Shown: positions 25,369 to 38,977, numbered from the stretch's first letter. The stretch is 64,000 nucleotides of DNA from Octopus vulgaris (GCA_951406725.2 OX597814.1:210428001-210492000); one strand, 5' to 3'. Numbers and translations: made by a program. The notes: generated from the letters alone by a model not told the origin.

Positions 25369-26699
25369 AAATAAAACATCTTCACTACTATTACTGTCTA
25401 ATCCAACAGGTAGCAGAGTACGAACAGTAATTTGAAAATTGGTATTAACGTTGAGAAAGCCTGCAACAAAGCTGATATCCCTAGCAAAACGAACCAGGAC
25501 TATGATTCTGCTTAGAAAACAATGAAATATGTTGATGTGTTTACTAGCCAAGTATGTTATTTGCCAACCGTAGTGTAGATGGAAGCGCACGGAATTTTAC
25601 GACCTATGTAGGATTTAAATGCTAATTGATTCCCTTAAATGCTACACTGTGTATATTGGAGTTGCACGACATCTCGCTTACTTGTTGATATGACTGAAAT
25701 AAGCAGTTTAAATTTTGTGGTAGTGTGAATTCTCTCCTCAGGTAGACTTCGTTTGTATAATAGCTTTGAGATCCTTTAACATGATATATTAGTGAATGGT
25801 ACGCTGCCGTTTTTTGGGCAACCAAGATATATTTCATAATTTATTTAACTATATATACTCCCTATTGTGTTTCTACTGCTAATACATTAAATGTTTAATC
25901 AGTTTAAAGTACATCTGACACGTGTTGGGACAGACGAAAGCCACCATTACATATGCGAAGATACCATTGAAACATTTTCAGTGAGGACACACAGACACAC
26001 ACAAACACACACCCACACACATCTACGATCTTACGCATGTATTAATGCTTGTATGTATGATGTATGTCTGTGTGTATATGGTGATATTCAATTATACTGG
26101 TCATAAAAAATACACACGAAAATATAGGCACAAAATGAAGAGCAGCGAAATAGATAAATGTACAAGTAATTACACTAACACTAAAACTAGCGAACACTTC
26201 AAAAAGTATATGAAAAAAAAAAAACAGGCACATATTTAAGGCGATGGTGTACGTATATCAAAAATATAATTACATTCTTGATGCGATGAAATATACAAAG
26301 CTAAAACCGAGAAAACTTATACTACAGTATTTCGCAGACAATATGATTTAATGGAAAGAGAAGTATTGGCGCCTTGAAGGGCATCAATATTCGGCCAAAT
26401 TTATTACGTGAGTAAAGCAGCGTTACATTTCTTGTATTTTCTTGGCAATAAACGCAAAGAAATATAGAGTTATAAGGCGATATCAAATAGATTATTTCGA
26501 AAATGAGATATAGCAGAAATTCAAATACTAGTTGAATAAAAGAATACAGAAACAAAACAAATGGAAAATTGTGTTTTACGTAGTAGCTAAAAACAGATTA
26601 CTATCAGGCGTAATTCCCAATGAAATATGAAAATCATCGCCCAGATGTACGAGGCTTTCTGCAGAAAAATATCACAGAAACACACACACACACACACAC

Positions 26700-26848
26700 A
26701 CGTATATACGACGGGCTTCTTGCATATTCCGTCTACTAAATAGACACACAAGTGTTCGACTACGGACTATAGTAGAACACACTTGTCCAAGGTGCCACGT
26801 AATGGGACTAAACCATGTTGTTTGGAAGCAAGCCACTTACCACACGAG
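26700..26848 (-). mobile_element. tRNA-derived SINE, 5' half
   Basis: ACGACGGGCTTCTT...CACTTGTCCAAGGTGCCACG...CTTACCACAC. Confidence 0.85.
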
Positions 26849-26849
26849 C

Positions 26850-26917
<68 letters not shown>

Positions 26918-26946
26918 AGATAGATAGATGTGTGTGCATTATATGT

Positions 26947-27146
26947 ATTAGGTCGTCAAGTAAGGTATATGGTAAAATTTGGCAGCTGCTCATTTTGCTT
27001 TTATTATTTTTATAATTATTCTTATCATTTACATTCGACGGATATTTGTCCTCGTCTTGTTTGTTGTTAACATAATGTTTCGGCTGATACACCCTCCAGC
27101 CTTCTTCAGGTATCTTGGGGAAATTTCGAACCTGGGTTCTCTATTA

Positions 27147-27213
<67 letters not shown>

Positions 27214-27240
27214 CATTGTTATTATTATCATCATTATGAA

Positions 27241-27271
<31 letters not shown>

Positions 27272-27420
27272 GTTCGTGTTCAGGTCACTGCTTGGAATCT
27301 TGGGGTTAGTAGTCCGCGTACTTAACCACTACGCAATGTGCCCTTGGGCAATTATGGAGTGAATTTTAGGGCTTATAAATCTAATATTTTTCTATCCTTC
27401 ATTAACACCGTTCCCCATAT
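26947..27420 (-). mobile_element. composite element: tRNA-like head, (TAA)n, and Penelope-like tail with HHR
   Basis: Minus strand GCACATTGCGTAGTGGTTAAGTACGCGGACTACTAACCCC (A box, Ser-like anticodon arm), a trinucleotide tract, then CTGAAGA-A-GGCTG..CAGCC-GAAAC. Confidence 0.6.
27069..27114 (-). ncRNA. minimal hammerhead motif, partly decayed
   Basis: GATAC-CTGAAGA-A-GGCTG(GAGGGTGTAT)CAGCC-GAAA-CA-TT-ATGTT; 5-bp stem II perfect, stems I and III eroded. Confidence 0.6.
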
Positions 27421-27479
27421 GCTGCGCCTATCTGCACTCCGTCTGCTTAGGAGGTCACTGTGTCCTAGCATATGTGCTG

Positions 27480-28290
27480 CTTCTTTAAGTTTTCGTATTT
27501 TCCAGTGCTACTAGTTTCTTCCTTTCTCACTTCCGGTGGTGTTTGTTTTTGGTGAAAGGGAGAGCTCACCTTAATGTGCCCCATCTCCACGCAGTGGTAA
27601 CATGTGGGGATCTTCCCTCCACTGCTACCCGAAGTCTCACATCCTCCGGGAGCTCAACCTCCTCTGCTATAATTTAGAGGTCACTGAGGGTGCGTGGATA
27701 TTGACCTCGCGTCCATAACCTCATCGATTTAATTGTTCTGTGCGGTTCACTTGTAGAACCTGCGGGCCGTCCTCCATGTCCATCATAATGGCTCCAACAA
27801 CCACATCTCTTTGATTTCCGGGGACACCCTGATAATTCTTATTCTGGTTACTCTCGTTCCAAGATAATCTGGCAGTTGTGGCCAGTACTCCTACTTCAAG
27901 GCTTCAGTGGAGTGCATTATTGTTTACTTCACTGTCGAGAGGCGCACCTTCACCGTTCCAAATGTCCTGCTTCCAGAGAAAAAATTTATCGCTCACCTTA
28001 TTCAGGCATTCTTCAACTTCTCTTGCCATTTCTATTTTCCTAGTTAGGGTTGAAAGGGTTCTGTACACCACTGTCGTCAGTTCCTTTTTTGTTGTCACCT
28101 CCGTTGGTCGCGTCAGTTTTAACTTTGCACCCCCTCTCCTGGATAAATTTCGGCTGTTCTCCACTGCCCCCAACTTCACAGCCATTTCCGTTATTTCCAA
28201 TTGCCTTACAGTCCCCGCAACACGTAAACTAGGTGTAGGAAGGTTTTGTGGTTTAACCCAGCTTTCAATATGGCTGTACAAAGAAATATA
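27480..28290 (-). mobile_element. Tx1/L1-like LINE ORF1 relic with gag-type zinc knuckle
   Basis: Minus strand VAVEGRSP / TCYHCVEMGHIKVSSP (degenerate CX2CX4HX4C) at ~27560-27630, plus ORF 27904-28281. Confidence 0.7.
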
Positions 28291-28369
28291 GGTAGGGAAT
28301 TCTAAAAATTATTCTCTAGACATTTTCAGCCTGCCCATAATTGTTATAGACTATTTAATAGAAGAACGC

Positions 28370-28900
28370 TTAAGATCAGTTATTCTTGCAACAAAAAAAA
28401 AACTTCGCCTCTCTTATTAACCAACACAACAATAAGATAATTTCAAATAAACATAGTGCTGATTCTTTTCCTAAAAATTGCAATTCCAAAGATGGGACCT
28501 CCTGTCGGTTGGAAGGAAAATGCCTGGAGAAAGGAATCGTGTATAGATCCAAAGTGCAGATAGAAGGCTCACACGAATATAATACTTATAGAGGGGCTTC
28601 TGAAAATTCTTTCAAAATCCAATTTTATTCTTATAGAAATGTCTTCCCATACTCCGAAAAGATCAGCTTGGCAACATATGTCAGCGAATTAAAAGAGTAC
28701 GGAACTCTATGTTTCAATATGACACGGAGAATTTTAGATAGAGCTTCACCTTACAGACACGGCGCGCATAAAAGACCCATGAAATGTCATTTATGTCTGT
28801 GGAAAATTTGTATATTTTATTCTAGGAGAAAAGCGCTTTGAATCAAACACGCGAACACTTGAATTCCGCCAGACACGCAACAAAATTTGAAATGTCGACT
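28370..28900 (+). mobile_element. Penelope-like element GIY-YIG endonuclease relic
   Basis: ORF 28386-28841: INQHNNKII..CNSK...CRLEGKCLEKGIVY...TYRGASENSFK...LATYVSELK...ILDRASPY..CHLCL. Confidence 0.88.
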
Positions 28901-29519
28901 AAAAATATACCATATGGAGAGTATAATTATTTGATACTTTAACTAGTTTTCAATCAGACTGTTGGATTTTTATCGTATAAAACATGATTTTTTTCGCATC
29001 GGAAATATACGGTATATATTTCGGCATATTTCTTAAGAAAACCCTCGACTGTTAAATACATATATTATTTTCATGTTTAATATCCTATTTTTATTTTATT
29101 TTATATTATTGTATTTTATAAACCCAATTAATCGTTTAACTTATAGATAATTCGATATAGGGGGTTTTATTTTGCATGTCTTTTATCCGAATTTTAATAT
29201 TATACACTCAGCAATATTTTTTCAAATGTTGTTTGTATTTATACGGCATGCCCTAGATATGTTTTCATGTAGATACCTGTATTTTTGGCTTGCATATGTA
29301 TTCGTATGTGTGCGTCTATGTATATGTGTGAGTTAGCGTGTATGTTTATACTTGTGCACATACATGCATGAATGTATATGTATGCATGTATACACTTATA
29401 TTTGTGTGGATGTGTATTTACGTGCATATTTCCATATATTCATATTTGTGATCTTATATGTATATTTATGATAATATACACTTTTGTATACACATATATA
29501 CGTAGTATTATTTTGTGTA

Positions 29520-29840
29520 CGTTTGTTACGCATACTATGCCACCTATCTTTCTTTTTCTTTCCTTACGAGGAGTATCCTTTAACAATGCGTTTCTCTTCT
29601 CTCCACCTTACCTCTTTCCCTCGCTACCTGTTACGTTTAAGATCCTTCCTTTCCTTTTATTCCCCTTCCCTTCGTTTAAAATATGCTTCGCATCAGGCTT
29701 GTCTGTTATAACTTCTATATGTACACACCTAGAGATTTTCTGTTCTATTTTAACAAAACTTTCCGACGAATGGGAACGTGAAACTCTGAGTAACAGCTTG
29801 TGTAATATTTCTGCTGCTTTTCAATAAAATATACATACAC
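29520..29840 (+). mobile_element. Penelope-like 3' terminal repeat
   Basis: Pyrimidine-rich tract, an HHR, then AATAAA; same strand as and downstream of the GIY-YIG relic. Confidence 0.55.
29756..29799 (+). ncRNA. minimal hammerhead ribozyme, U4C core variant
   Basis: AAACTTT-CCGACGA-ATG(GGAA)CGT-GAAA-CTCTGAG-TA-ACAGCTT; canonical spacing, GNRA loop, stem I 5/7 paired. Confidence 0.62.
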
Positions 29841-30155
29841 ACAAACACACAGATATATATATATATATAGGTTTTTATACCGAAAAACACGCCCACCCAC
29901 GTATACATGCGTATATAAATATGTCTGTGTGTGTGTGAATGGATTTACTTGCATAAATTCGTTATATATGTATACCCCTTTTCATATGTGTAGTTATTTT
30001 CGATCGACTATGTGTGGAACGGGATGCGCGTGATGTTTTAGTTGTGTATATATGAATGCGGCTGTATATACTTTTGGTTTCATGAGGGCGAAATTGTCAA
30101 CTTCAGCGGGGAAATTGTAATCTGAGTGACAATATGTGACAGTCAAAGAATGTTC

Positions 30156-30251
<96 letters not shown>

Positions 30252-31098
30252 TCATATTTGTTTGTTTACAAAGGCACAAAGACATACTCACACGCACACA
30301 TATTCGTGATATTAATCTTCATGTGCGGGGTCATATTATATGAAGAACGTTTCAGACATTTACTAATTTCACTTGATACTATGTGATATAGTGAGGGGAA
30401 AATGACATGGCTTTCTCTAATAATATAAAACTGATTGATAAGCGGTGCAAAAAAAAATGAACAGAATCTGTCGAACCCTACAATACGTTCATGAAATTGG
30501 AGGAGTATTATTTCAAATTTTCAGCTATCAATATCACGCTTAGTAATTAAATCAGAAAACGTCAAAATGTATTGATTGTTGTTTTGTTTGCTTTTTCCGT
30601 TTAAAACATCTGATGAAATATTTGATAATTTCTATTACCGCTACATATAAATTTATTCGTAATTTGGAACTAGCTATGGAAAGGTCCCTTTCTCTGTATG
30701 AAGAAGGGGAGCAGATCAAGTACGTTGAATATATGGTTGAATATTAAATAATGACAGCAACATAAATTGGATCATGTTCTATTATATGCGTTTCCAATAA
30801 AAAGCAACAGTGTTAATGTCCTTTTAACACATAAATATATGAACTATTTCTAAAGAATGAATATTTGAAATAAGTACATGGTTACTATTATATGATATAC
30901 AGCATAAGGTAAAAATAATTGTAGAATGTGTTCCTATATAAAAGAAAAAAATATGACCTTAACAATGCAGATTCCTTATAGCACTATAATATAGAAAACC
31001 AATGGAGTCTATGATAATATTCTGGATAAAAAACTTTGGTCGTTAAGAGGTTTTAAAAAATTCAAGATATAATGATCTTCTTTAATCTAAATATAACT

Positions 31099-31285
31099 AT
31101 ATGAGGGAGCAGGCTGAAAAGTTCAGAGGCTGATAATGAAGGAGCTTTGAAATCTTGCATGGATTAGTATGATTTCAACTGTTTATATCAATTTCTGCAT
31201 TTCTTCTTTCCAAGTAAACAGTTCAAAGACAACTTGAAAAGTAACTAGTAGCGAGTTGTCATGAACATTTTTAAAAAAATGCGCC
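31099..31285 (+). mobile_element. mariner 5' end fragment
   Basis: TATGAGGGAGCAGGCTGAAAAGTTC resembles a mariner TIR (TACGAGGG..CTGAAAAGTT); no partner TIR seen. Confidence 0.5.
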
Positions 31286-31560
31286 ATTGTGTTTTTATTA
31301 TGTCCTTTCGTACCGAGTTGTACCCCATGAAATGAAAATTGTTGCTGCAACAGACACAAGCTGCAAATTGACAATGATGTTATCTTGTTCGTGTCACTCT
31401 GCAACAGCGTCACAATTCTAAGTTAAACATGTTTTCGTCTGTTATCGATTTTAAGAGGTCTCCGTAAAGAAAGTGGCGGCGAACCAGTTTCCCCACTGTA
31501 AATAAAACTCATACGCCACAGTACCGAAGACAAGATTTCTTTCTTCACATAGCCACTCAC

Positions 31561-31749
31561 CACCAACAATAGACCAGCCTTCATTTTGGGCCTCCTGTGG
31601 CACGCTTTTCTGCTGAATGCCAGCATGTTTTACACCTTTAAACATCTTACACTTTGTATCAACTAGTGGCCATAATTTCTCGAACACATAATAAGAGGAA
31701 ATGACACGACCATTATAAGTCCACTTTAAAGAAAGCATCACATAATATT
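31561..31749 (-). CDS. candidate internal coding exon (189 nt, phase 1-1), possibly SEA-like extracellular module
   Basis: Acceptor TCTTTTACAG and donor G|GTGAGT; stop-free, non-repetitive frame YYVMLSLKWTYNG...MFKGV...GWSIVG. The frame stays open to 31451, so it could instead be a terminal exon. Confidence 0.45.
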
Positions 31750-32142
31750 CTGTAAAAGACAGTTAAATTAGAAGTGTCAGTCTTCATACTGTTCTCAGAT
31801 GTTCCCCAGAATGTGATGTTAGTATTCTAGATCTTCAGAAAGCAAGGAAATTTCACGTAGGAAATCAAGGAAATTCAAGCGAAAAATAAATGGTGCGTTA
31901 TTAATTTTCTTCACTTACAACATATTTCTAAATTGAACTACATGTATCAATGAATTCACTGTGATAAAATTAATCTAACTGTAAATATCAGATTTAGTCA
32001 AAAGTAAGGAACGTTTTGAACCATGAAGGATTTGTATCGGATTTTTGCAGAGTTTTGAATTTTGTTTTTTAAATATTTGTTTTGCAGTTGTCTGATAATA
32101 CAGAATTAGACTTACCCAAATGTGTCAATAAATTGACATTGA

Positions 32143-32460
32143 AAGGCGGCGAGCTGGCAGAAAAGTTAGCACGCCGGGCGAAATGCTTAGCAGTATTTCA
32201 TCTGCCACAACGTTCTGCGTTCAAATTCCGCTGAGGTCGACTTTGCCTTTCATCAATTAGGGTCGATTAAATAAGTACCAGTTATGCACTGGGGTCGATA
32301 TAATCGACCTAATCCGTTTTTCTGACTTTGTTCGTTCCCTTGTGGGTAGTAAAGAAATAGGTATTTCGTCTGCCATTACATTCAGAGATCAAATTCCGCC
32401 GAGGTTGACTTTGCCTTTCATCCTTTCGGGGTCGGTAAATTAAGTACCAATTACGCACTA
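32143..32460 (+). mobile_element. SINE with Meta-like central domain, internally duplicated
   Basis: GGCGGCGAGCTGGCAGAA head; GAGGTYGACTTTGCCTTTCATC..GGGTCGRTWAATWAGTACCA present twice. Confidence 0.85.
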
Positions 32461-32479
32461 TAATATGTTAACAAACCGT

Positions 32480-33700
32480 TTTGAAAAATGACAGGCCCGC
32501 TGATGAAAGACTTTTCCCAACTAATGTTTGAGGGCCTAGTCAACGACTCCTCGCAAGCCCCGTACGAAAAACCAAAAGAATGAGATGATAGGGCAACCCA
32601 TATCTAACCGGTAAGTACAACGTTACGGATACACTTCATGCTGGTTGTATAAATATACGCAGCGTGGGGGTACAATGCAAAGAAGGTACTTTCCTGAATG
32701 ATTTAAGGTCGCATAGGATGGATATAAACAGATTACTCAACGGGGCTTCCCCCCTCCTAAATGGCTACGAGAAATTTATTTCTTCATGCCTACCTGGAGG
32801 AGTGAAAGGTGTAGCCGTGCTGCTCAGTAAAATAAATCTAGTCTTAGAAACAAGAACAATCTTCATCGTCCCGGAAGGTAGGTTGGTCCTTCACGTGAAA
32901 CTAAGCAGCAATAAGGTTTTGTAGCTGGTAGCTCTTTACGGTGCCCCGGGAACTAGACAGGTAGATTTTTTTTGAAGCCTGGAGAAGTTTCTAGGAATGT
33001 CTCACAGCATAGTATTTATATGTGACTTTAACAAAATATGCGATGCACAGGTAGATTACGTTGGCTTGTCTACTGATAGAAGAGGAAGCCCGTGCTTCAA
33101 TAATCTCCTCAGTCGATTTCAGCTGGCAAATAGGTACAGACTAGATGTCCCAGACGCTCCATTGTGGATATGAACTAATACAGATGGGTGATCTATATCT
33201 TATTTAGACAGGATACTAATTAGAGAAATAGACAAAAGCCTAGTTAGTCGTCCGCAATTTCACTGTCAGCTACAATGATCACAAAGTTGTGACCTGTAGG
33301 CTGGACTTAGATAAGTTACATAGACAGGGATACACCCACTAGAAACTCAATGAATTACCTTTGGCTCATGTGGAGTACAGGAGTCGGATTAGACAGATAG
33401 TGATGAGGGCATTGCGTGGTGTCATTATTAGCAACAAATAGTGATATGCCCTCCAAACAGCCATAATATTTGAATCTATTTGGTATAACAAAGAGTTAAT
33501 GACTAAGAAAACTAGAGTAGAAAGGGCTTCAGTTAGGGCCCTCGACTGGAATCTAGCTCCGCACCCCGGTTTTAACTGCGAGAATGGCGTTTAACCATCA
33601 CCTCGAGGCTAAAAACGAGGGATGCTTAGTCAGGGGTAAACAACGTGCAATGGTACGGGAGGGAATCTCAGAAGATTGGAGAGAAGTTCACGCTGATCTG
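32480..33700 (+). mobile_element. Tx1/L1-like LINE ORF2 relic (APE endonuclease)
   Basis: GCINIRSV...GVAVLL...EGRLVL...LYGAP...CDFN...SYLDRIL motifs, with stops and frameshifts. Confidence 0.88.
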
Positions 33701-33804
33701 TTCCATACGTCTTTCGATATTCAACATTTTCGCTCAGTCCTATTTCCCGCACTGCACATGATAACTAAATATTTCTTTTATCAAAATGTAAAAGGAATAC
33801 TTGC

Positions 33805-34215
33805 CGGTGCACGCATTCAATTGCCTAATGAAACATTACTGAAAGGTGTGTAATAATTACTAGGGCAACATCAGAAAACTGGAGGATATGAATATATACA
33901 GAAACAATTTACGTATGAAAAGTATCAAATCTAAAATCGAAATATACTTCAGGGTTAAACTTCAATAATATAAAGTGTATAATGTAAGTAATAAATCCTT
34001 CATAAATAAAATAGTTCGTTATCATTATAAAATTTACTTGACTTGTAAAAATGGCGTTGCATATATCATATGGTCGTTATCATATAGACCGCCCGCAAGA
34101 CCACAGATAATATGCCTCACATTACAGAATTCGCAATCGATGTATGAATTATGGTTTTAATAATTGACATTGCAGTACGAAATGAATATAAATGTGTGCA
34201 TTGTTAATGAATTAA
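33805..34215 (-). pseudogene. two candidate decayed Cys-rich exons (34038-34215 and 33805-33930)
   Basis: Splice-like boundaries around a 107-nt intron; peptides YIDCEFCNVRHIICGLAGG..ATPFLQVK and NCFCIYSYPPVF*CCPSNYY with stops and a frameshift. Confidence 0.27.
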
Positions 34216-34714
34216 CTGTATATGGGTGATAAATTTATATAACGGCTTCGAATAGCTAATGAATTAAATACAATATAGCAGATAACGCACGATTCCCTTA
34301 AACTATCAGTAATTAGTATTACCAGAATGATACAAAATCGCTTATGTAAAGATTCAGCATGTTACCGCAGCCACATTTTGAACAACAATAATTTTAGTTA
34401 ATGCAAATTCGGTATACAGTTTATTCACAGAGGAGTTGATACACATTAACAATGAATGCTTGTCTCAAAATTACAAATATGTTTATGATATATGAAAAGA
34501 TTTTCTTAGTATATCTATTAAAGAATCGTTAACATATATGTTATGATATAAAGATGCCATCGTATTAGATGATTACTTGTATTGTAGTAAATGACTGATA
34601 AATATGTGGGTATATGTGTATGTGGATGAATGTGGAAGTGGTGTGTGTGCTCGCGCGTGTGTGGGGGTTTGGTTGTGCGCGATGTTATACATCATTTTGT
34701 TTACTATTTCTGTC

Positions 34715-35065
34715 TTTAATTTTGTTTCAGTCATTGGACAGCAGCCTACTGGTGCACCTCCTTGGTAGGGGTTTAGTGTAACAAAACGATTCCAGCTCTT
34801 TAAATCCTGCTATTTCTTCTATCGGTTTCTTTTGCCAGCTTGTTGAGTTACGGATACGTAAACACACGATCGCCGGTTGTCAAACGCACATGCACACAGA
34901 TATAGACACAGACACACACCAATACACAGACACACACCAACACACAGACACACACGTACACAACAGACGGTTTTCTTCCGTTTGAAAATCCACCCACAAG
35001 GCTTCAAATGTGTCACTCAAAGGAACTGAACACCCAACCATGTGGGTGGAAAGAAAACTTCTTTG
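34715..35065 (-). mobile_element. degenerate tRNA-derived SINE
   Basis: TTGTTTCAGTCATTGGAC...GTAAACAC..GGTTGTCAA...GGAACTGAAC. Confidence 0.8.
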
Positions 35066-36271
35066 TGTGTATATGTATGTATTTATGCATGTATGTATGT
35101 ATCGAACCGTACATAGATTTTATACTGAAACAATAAGCTGCTAAAAGGATATAGCTATATGTAGTTATGTATATAAATTGTATATTCCAAAATGATATAA
35201 CCACACTAATATATGAAACTGCTTTTATCATTATATTGCAAGTATAAAGTACAACTTTAAAACAACAAATGAATTGTGAAGTTGTATTCGGTTCCCTGCG
35301 GTCTTCTTTATATTTTGTTATTTATATTTAATGAAATATGCTACAGTGTGGATCAATATAAGCCACGAACCATTCAGTTATGCGCCTAGGTTTAAAGTCA
35401 TTATTACCACTTTAACTGAGTGATGCAACGTAAAACATTGTCCAATACCCTTACTAAGTTACTTGACATACACATAGGTAGTTATGTCACCCTGGATAAA
35501 AAGAATAAGTTTTGAGTTTGTGTTTCAATCCTTATAGGACTATCAGATGGTATAATAATGAATTAAATATGTCTTTTTCTGTAGCAACTTCGTACAAATT
35601 TAGATAAATATAAGAAATATTTCATCATGAAATTATGGAAGAACATTTACAGAAATAATGATAGAGCTACAGACAATTCATTTTTAAATTGTACATTCAC
35701 AAAAGTGATTCTTTTCTAATCACATCACTTGGATCAATAAAACATGTATCATTAACACAATACAAACGATTGATTTCCTGTTAAATACAATTCCTCTAAG
35801 GACATTTAGTTTCCTACGAGAACAAATGATAATGTCGTGACGTAATTTTGGCTAATTTTCATATTAATGTTATAGAATACCTGCTTCATCAGAGATTTCC
35901 CGAAAAAAAGATGAAGCTCCTAAATGTCATCAAAAATGAAACTATTACTATTGATCTTTATAAAGAGATCTGCTATTCGTAAAGTTCACAGAAACTAATT
36001 GCATGTTCTACATGTTTAAAAATAATGATCATTTCTGAATGACAAAATTTGATGAAAAGTGTATTTTTTTGTATATAGAATATTATATATTTAGAACTTT
36101 GATAGCTGAATAAAAGCCACCTGAAATTTAAATTTCTAATGTCGAATGAAAAAAAAAAAATAAATACCATAATCTGTCACAGGTACTTGGTTTGGTTTAA
36201 GTACAATCCACGATGCGTTAGAGACCTTTTCACGAGTCAAACTTTCCTTTATTTCTCAATATATTACTTAC

Positions 36272-36445
36272 TTGTATATTTTGTAAGTTATGTCTATGCT
36301 TTACTTATTTCGTTATAAAACCTCGTATCATTCTCTCTTGACGTCAGTGAATTTTACGAGCTTATTTGTCAAGCTTTCCCTGACATGGTCACTGAATGCA
36401 CAGAAAGAGGCATTTGCTTCTCCGTTCACAATGTACACAATCTAG
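36272..36445 (-). pseudogene. candidate exon with a frameshift in an (AG)n run
   Basis: Long T tract plus TAG acceptor and CAA|GTAAGT donor; IVYIVNGEANASFCAFSDHVRESL..DVKR continues as ENDTRFYNEISK.. if GA is restored. Confidence 0.3.
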
Positions 36446-38739
36446 CTATATATTTAAATAAAAAAAAAATAAAACATTTCTCATTATTTATCCTGTCTTT
36501 ATGTTTCTTTCTGTCCATTCCTCATACTATCTCAGATGGATCTATCTCATCTAACTATATACAATCTATGGTCAAATATTTTACATTTATCTTTTCTCTT
36601 TTCAATTCTGCTTCTATTGTGTCCCATCTCTCAACCCACGGTGCTTGTTATTTTCTTCCTAACTCTCATAAACTTATCTTATTTATTGCTTCATTTTCTC
36701 GGTTGCCTTGTAAATATGCAGCCAAACGTCAATGAAATGTTGTACGATTAAACCAATTTCTACAATTGCAATGAATTTAACCTCATTGCAAGTATTGATA
36801 TGGCCGAACTTCTCTAGATTTAGAGTCTTGTAAGATAATGCTGAAAAAGTCTCTGCAGTTAAAACTAATTTCTATTCATGCAATGTGAGTAGTGCTTTAG
36901 CTAAAGCGATATAGCAGCAATATAAAATAAGCCAAAATCTTGCCTCTCTCAGCATCATATTAATTTTCTGTCATATGTTTTGATAGTAATTATCTTTTGG
37001 AAATAAAATTAATAATTTGTAATCAAAATCGAAATGTGAGTATGATTTTAAAATTATGTAATACATGTCTCGTGATAAAGATAATTTGCTGTTTGCTAAT
37101 ACATGGGTGCATTCTACACTAAACATTAGACATTTGTTTATGCTTCTATAAAGATAATAAGAATAAATGGAAATATTTCTAGATAACTGGACTTCATTAA
37201 ATCCGAGCAACACTATCAATTGAATTGTAATTGATTATTTAATGCACATGTCTTAAGAGCTTCGCGTCCGTTTTGTAAGTTCACATTTAAAATATTAAAG
37301 CTCTAATGATAACATAAACACGTATTCATCTAATCAACACCTTCTTTAAAGTTTTAGAACTAGAAATAAATAGCAAACACATTATGATACTGTTGTCGAA
37401 TGGTGCTAAAATATCATGAGAGAAATTGTGGTTTAAAAGGGAGATAGAAGCCGTGTATTTCACATTCCTCTTATTGAATGTAATCAGAGAAAATAACATT
37501 TTAAATCAAGCGTATTTAAAATTCAAGTGAAATTGATAAATTCTTTTAAAACTTTATGTGAGTTAACGCGGAGATAGTATGATAGTATTAGTTTATGATA
37601 ATCTGCATGGTGAATTGCATTCTTTGTGGTTGAAGCCGTGACGTAAATGATATTGGGATTATAATTATACTACTAATAACATTATTTCACATATGCAAAC
37701 GTTTAGCTTTTTGGTTCCATAGTTATAAAAAGCCAGGTACTAGAAATAATGTGCAAAATTACTAACAGAATTGTAGTCCTCACGCATTCTTTTATTGAAA
37801 GGTAATACTTCATAGCATGGAAGGAATGTGTGACTGCTTAGATAAAACAGGCAAAATTAAATATTAAATATTTGTAGTCTAAAAGGCAATATTTCCTAAT
37901 TTCTACTATGCCATCATCATTACTTGTCTCACAAAGACACTAAATGTAAGTTGCAGAGAGGGTGTGTCAATTGATATATTTATATAGAGCAGTCACACAT
38001 TCCTTTCCATATCGGCTAACTCTGACGAGAGTAAGGTTGTATAATCGGACTGAACTTAACACTTCATTGTATCCCTAGCGCGAAACTGATTGATAAGACC
38101 AGCCATAATGGGTATATAAAACTGTACATTTCGGATAATATATATATGTATATATACATATATATATATAGGTAAGAACGCTTCAGGGAACCGAGTGTAG
38201 GAAGTTATTAAGCTTCGAGAATATTTGCAGCTAATATACAACCACAGATACAGGGTACTAAGATTTAGACTTTGCTGGCCTCAGAGTTATTCACCGTCGA
38301 GAAATTTTGATATCGGTGACAGTCACCATACAGCCCACGGTTTAGTAACTAAAGTTGCTAAAAGTGCGTTTAAAAAATAAACGAGAATATAACGAATAGA
38401 ATAGGCACAACACTGGAATACGTTCGTTTCATCACAAATCAATGCATATCATATAGCTTGTAACATGCACAGAACTATCTTAGCTAAATTTCAGGTCTTA
38501 TTACCCGTCGGCGTTTTTACATTGTCGCATGGATATGAATAAATTATTCATCGCAAGGACCAATGTAAACAATAGGAGCTGAAAATCAGCTAAGCTGGTG
38601 TTATATGTTTTACAAATTATGTAACATATAGCTTTGCTAAGAAACGATAAAATTCCATGTTTTACCTGTTCCATTCCTTATATTCTCAGATTTATATATT
38701 TATATATTTATATACCTTTCGTTTTATATGTTTATATAT

Positions 38740-38911
38740 TATCTTGTTTCATTCACTAAACAACGGCCATGCAGCATATGAAAAGCTTTTGACGGATAGA
38801 GTCGTACACATTTCTTAAAACCTGGTACTAATTCTATCGGTCTCTTCTCCTCCCGAATCACTAAGTTACGCGGAGGTAAAGACACCACCATGTGATGGTG
38901 GCGCGAGCGTG

Positions 38912-38977
<66 letters not shown>

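Noticed and set aside
35876-35980. Short exon-like segments on both strands
   Set aside because: Mutually exclusive readings with weak splice sites; likely chance.
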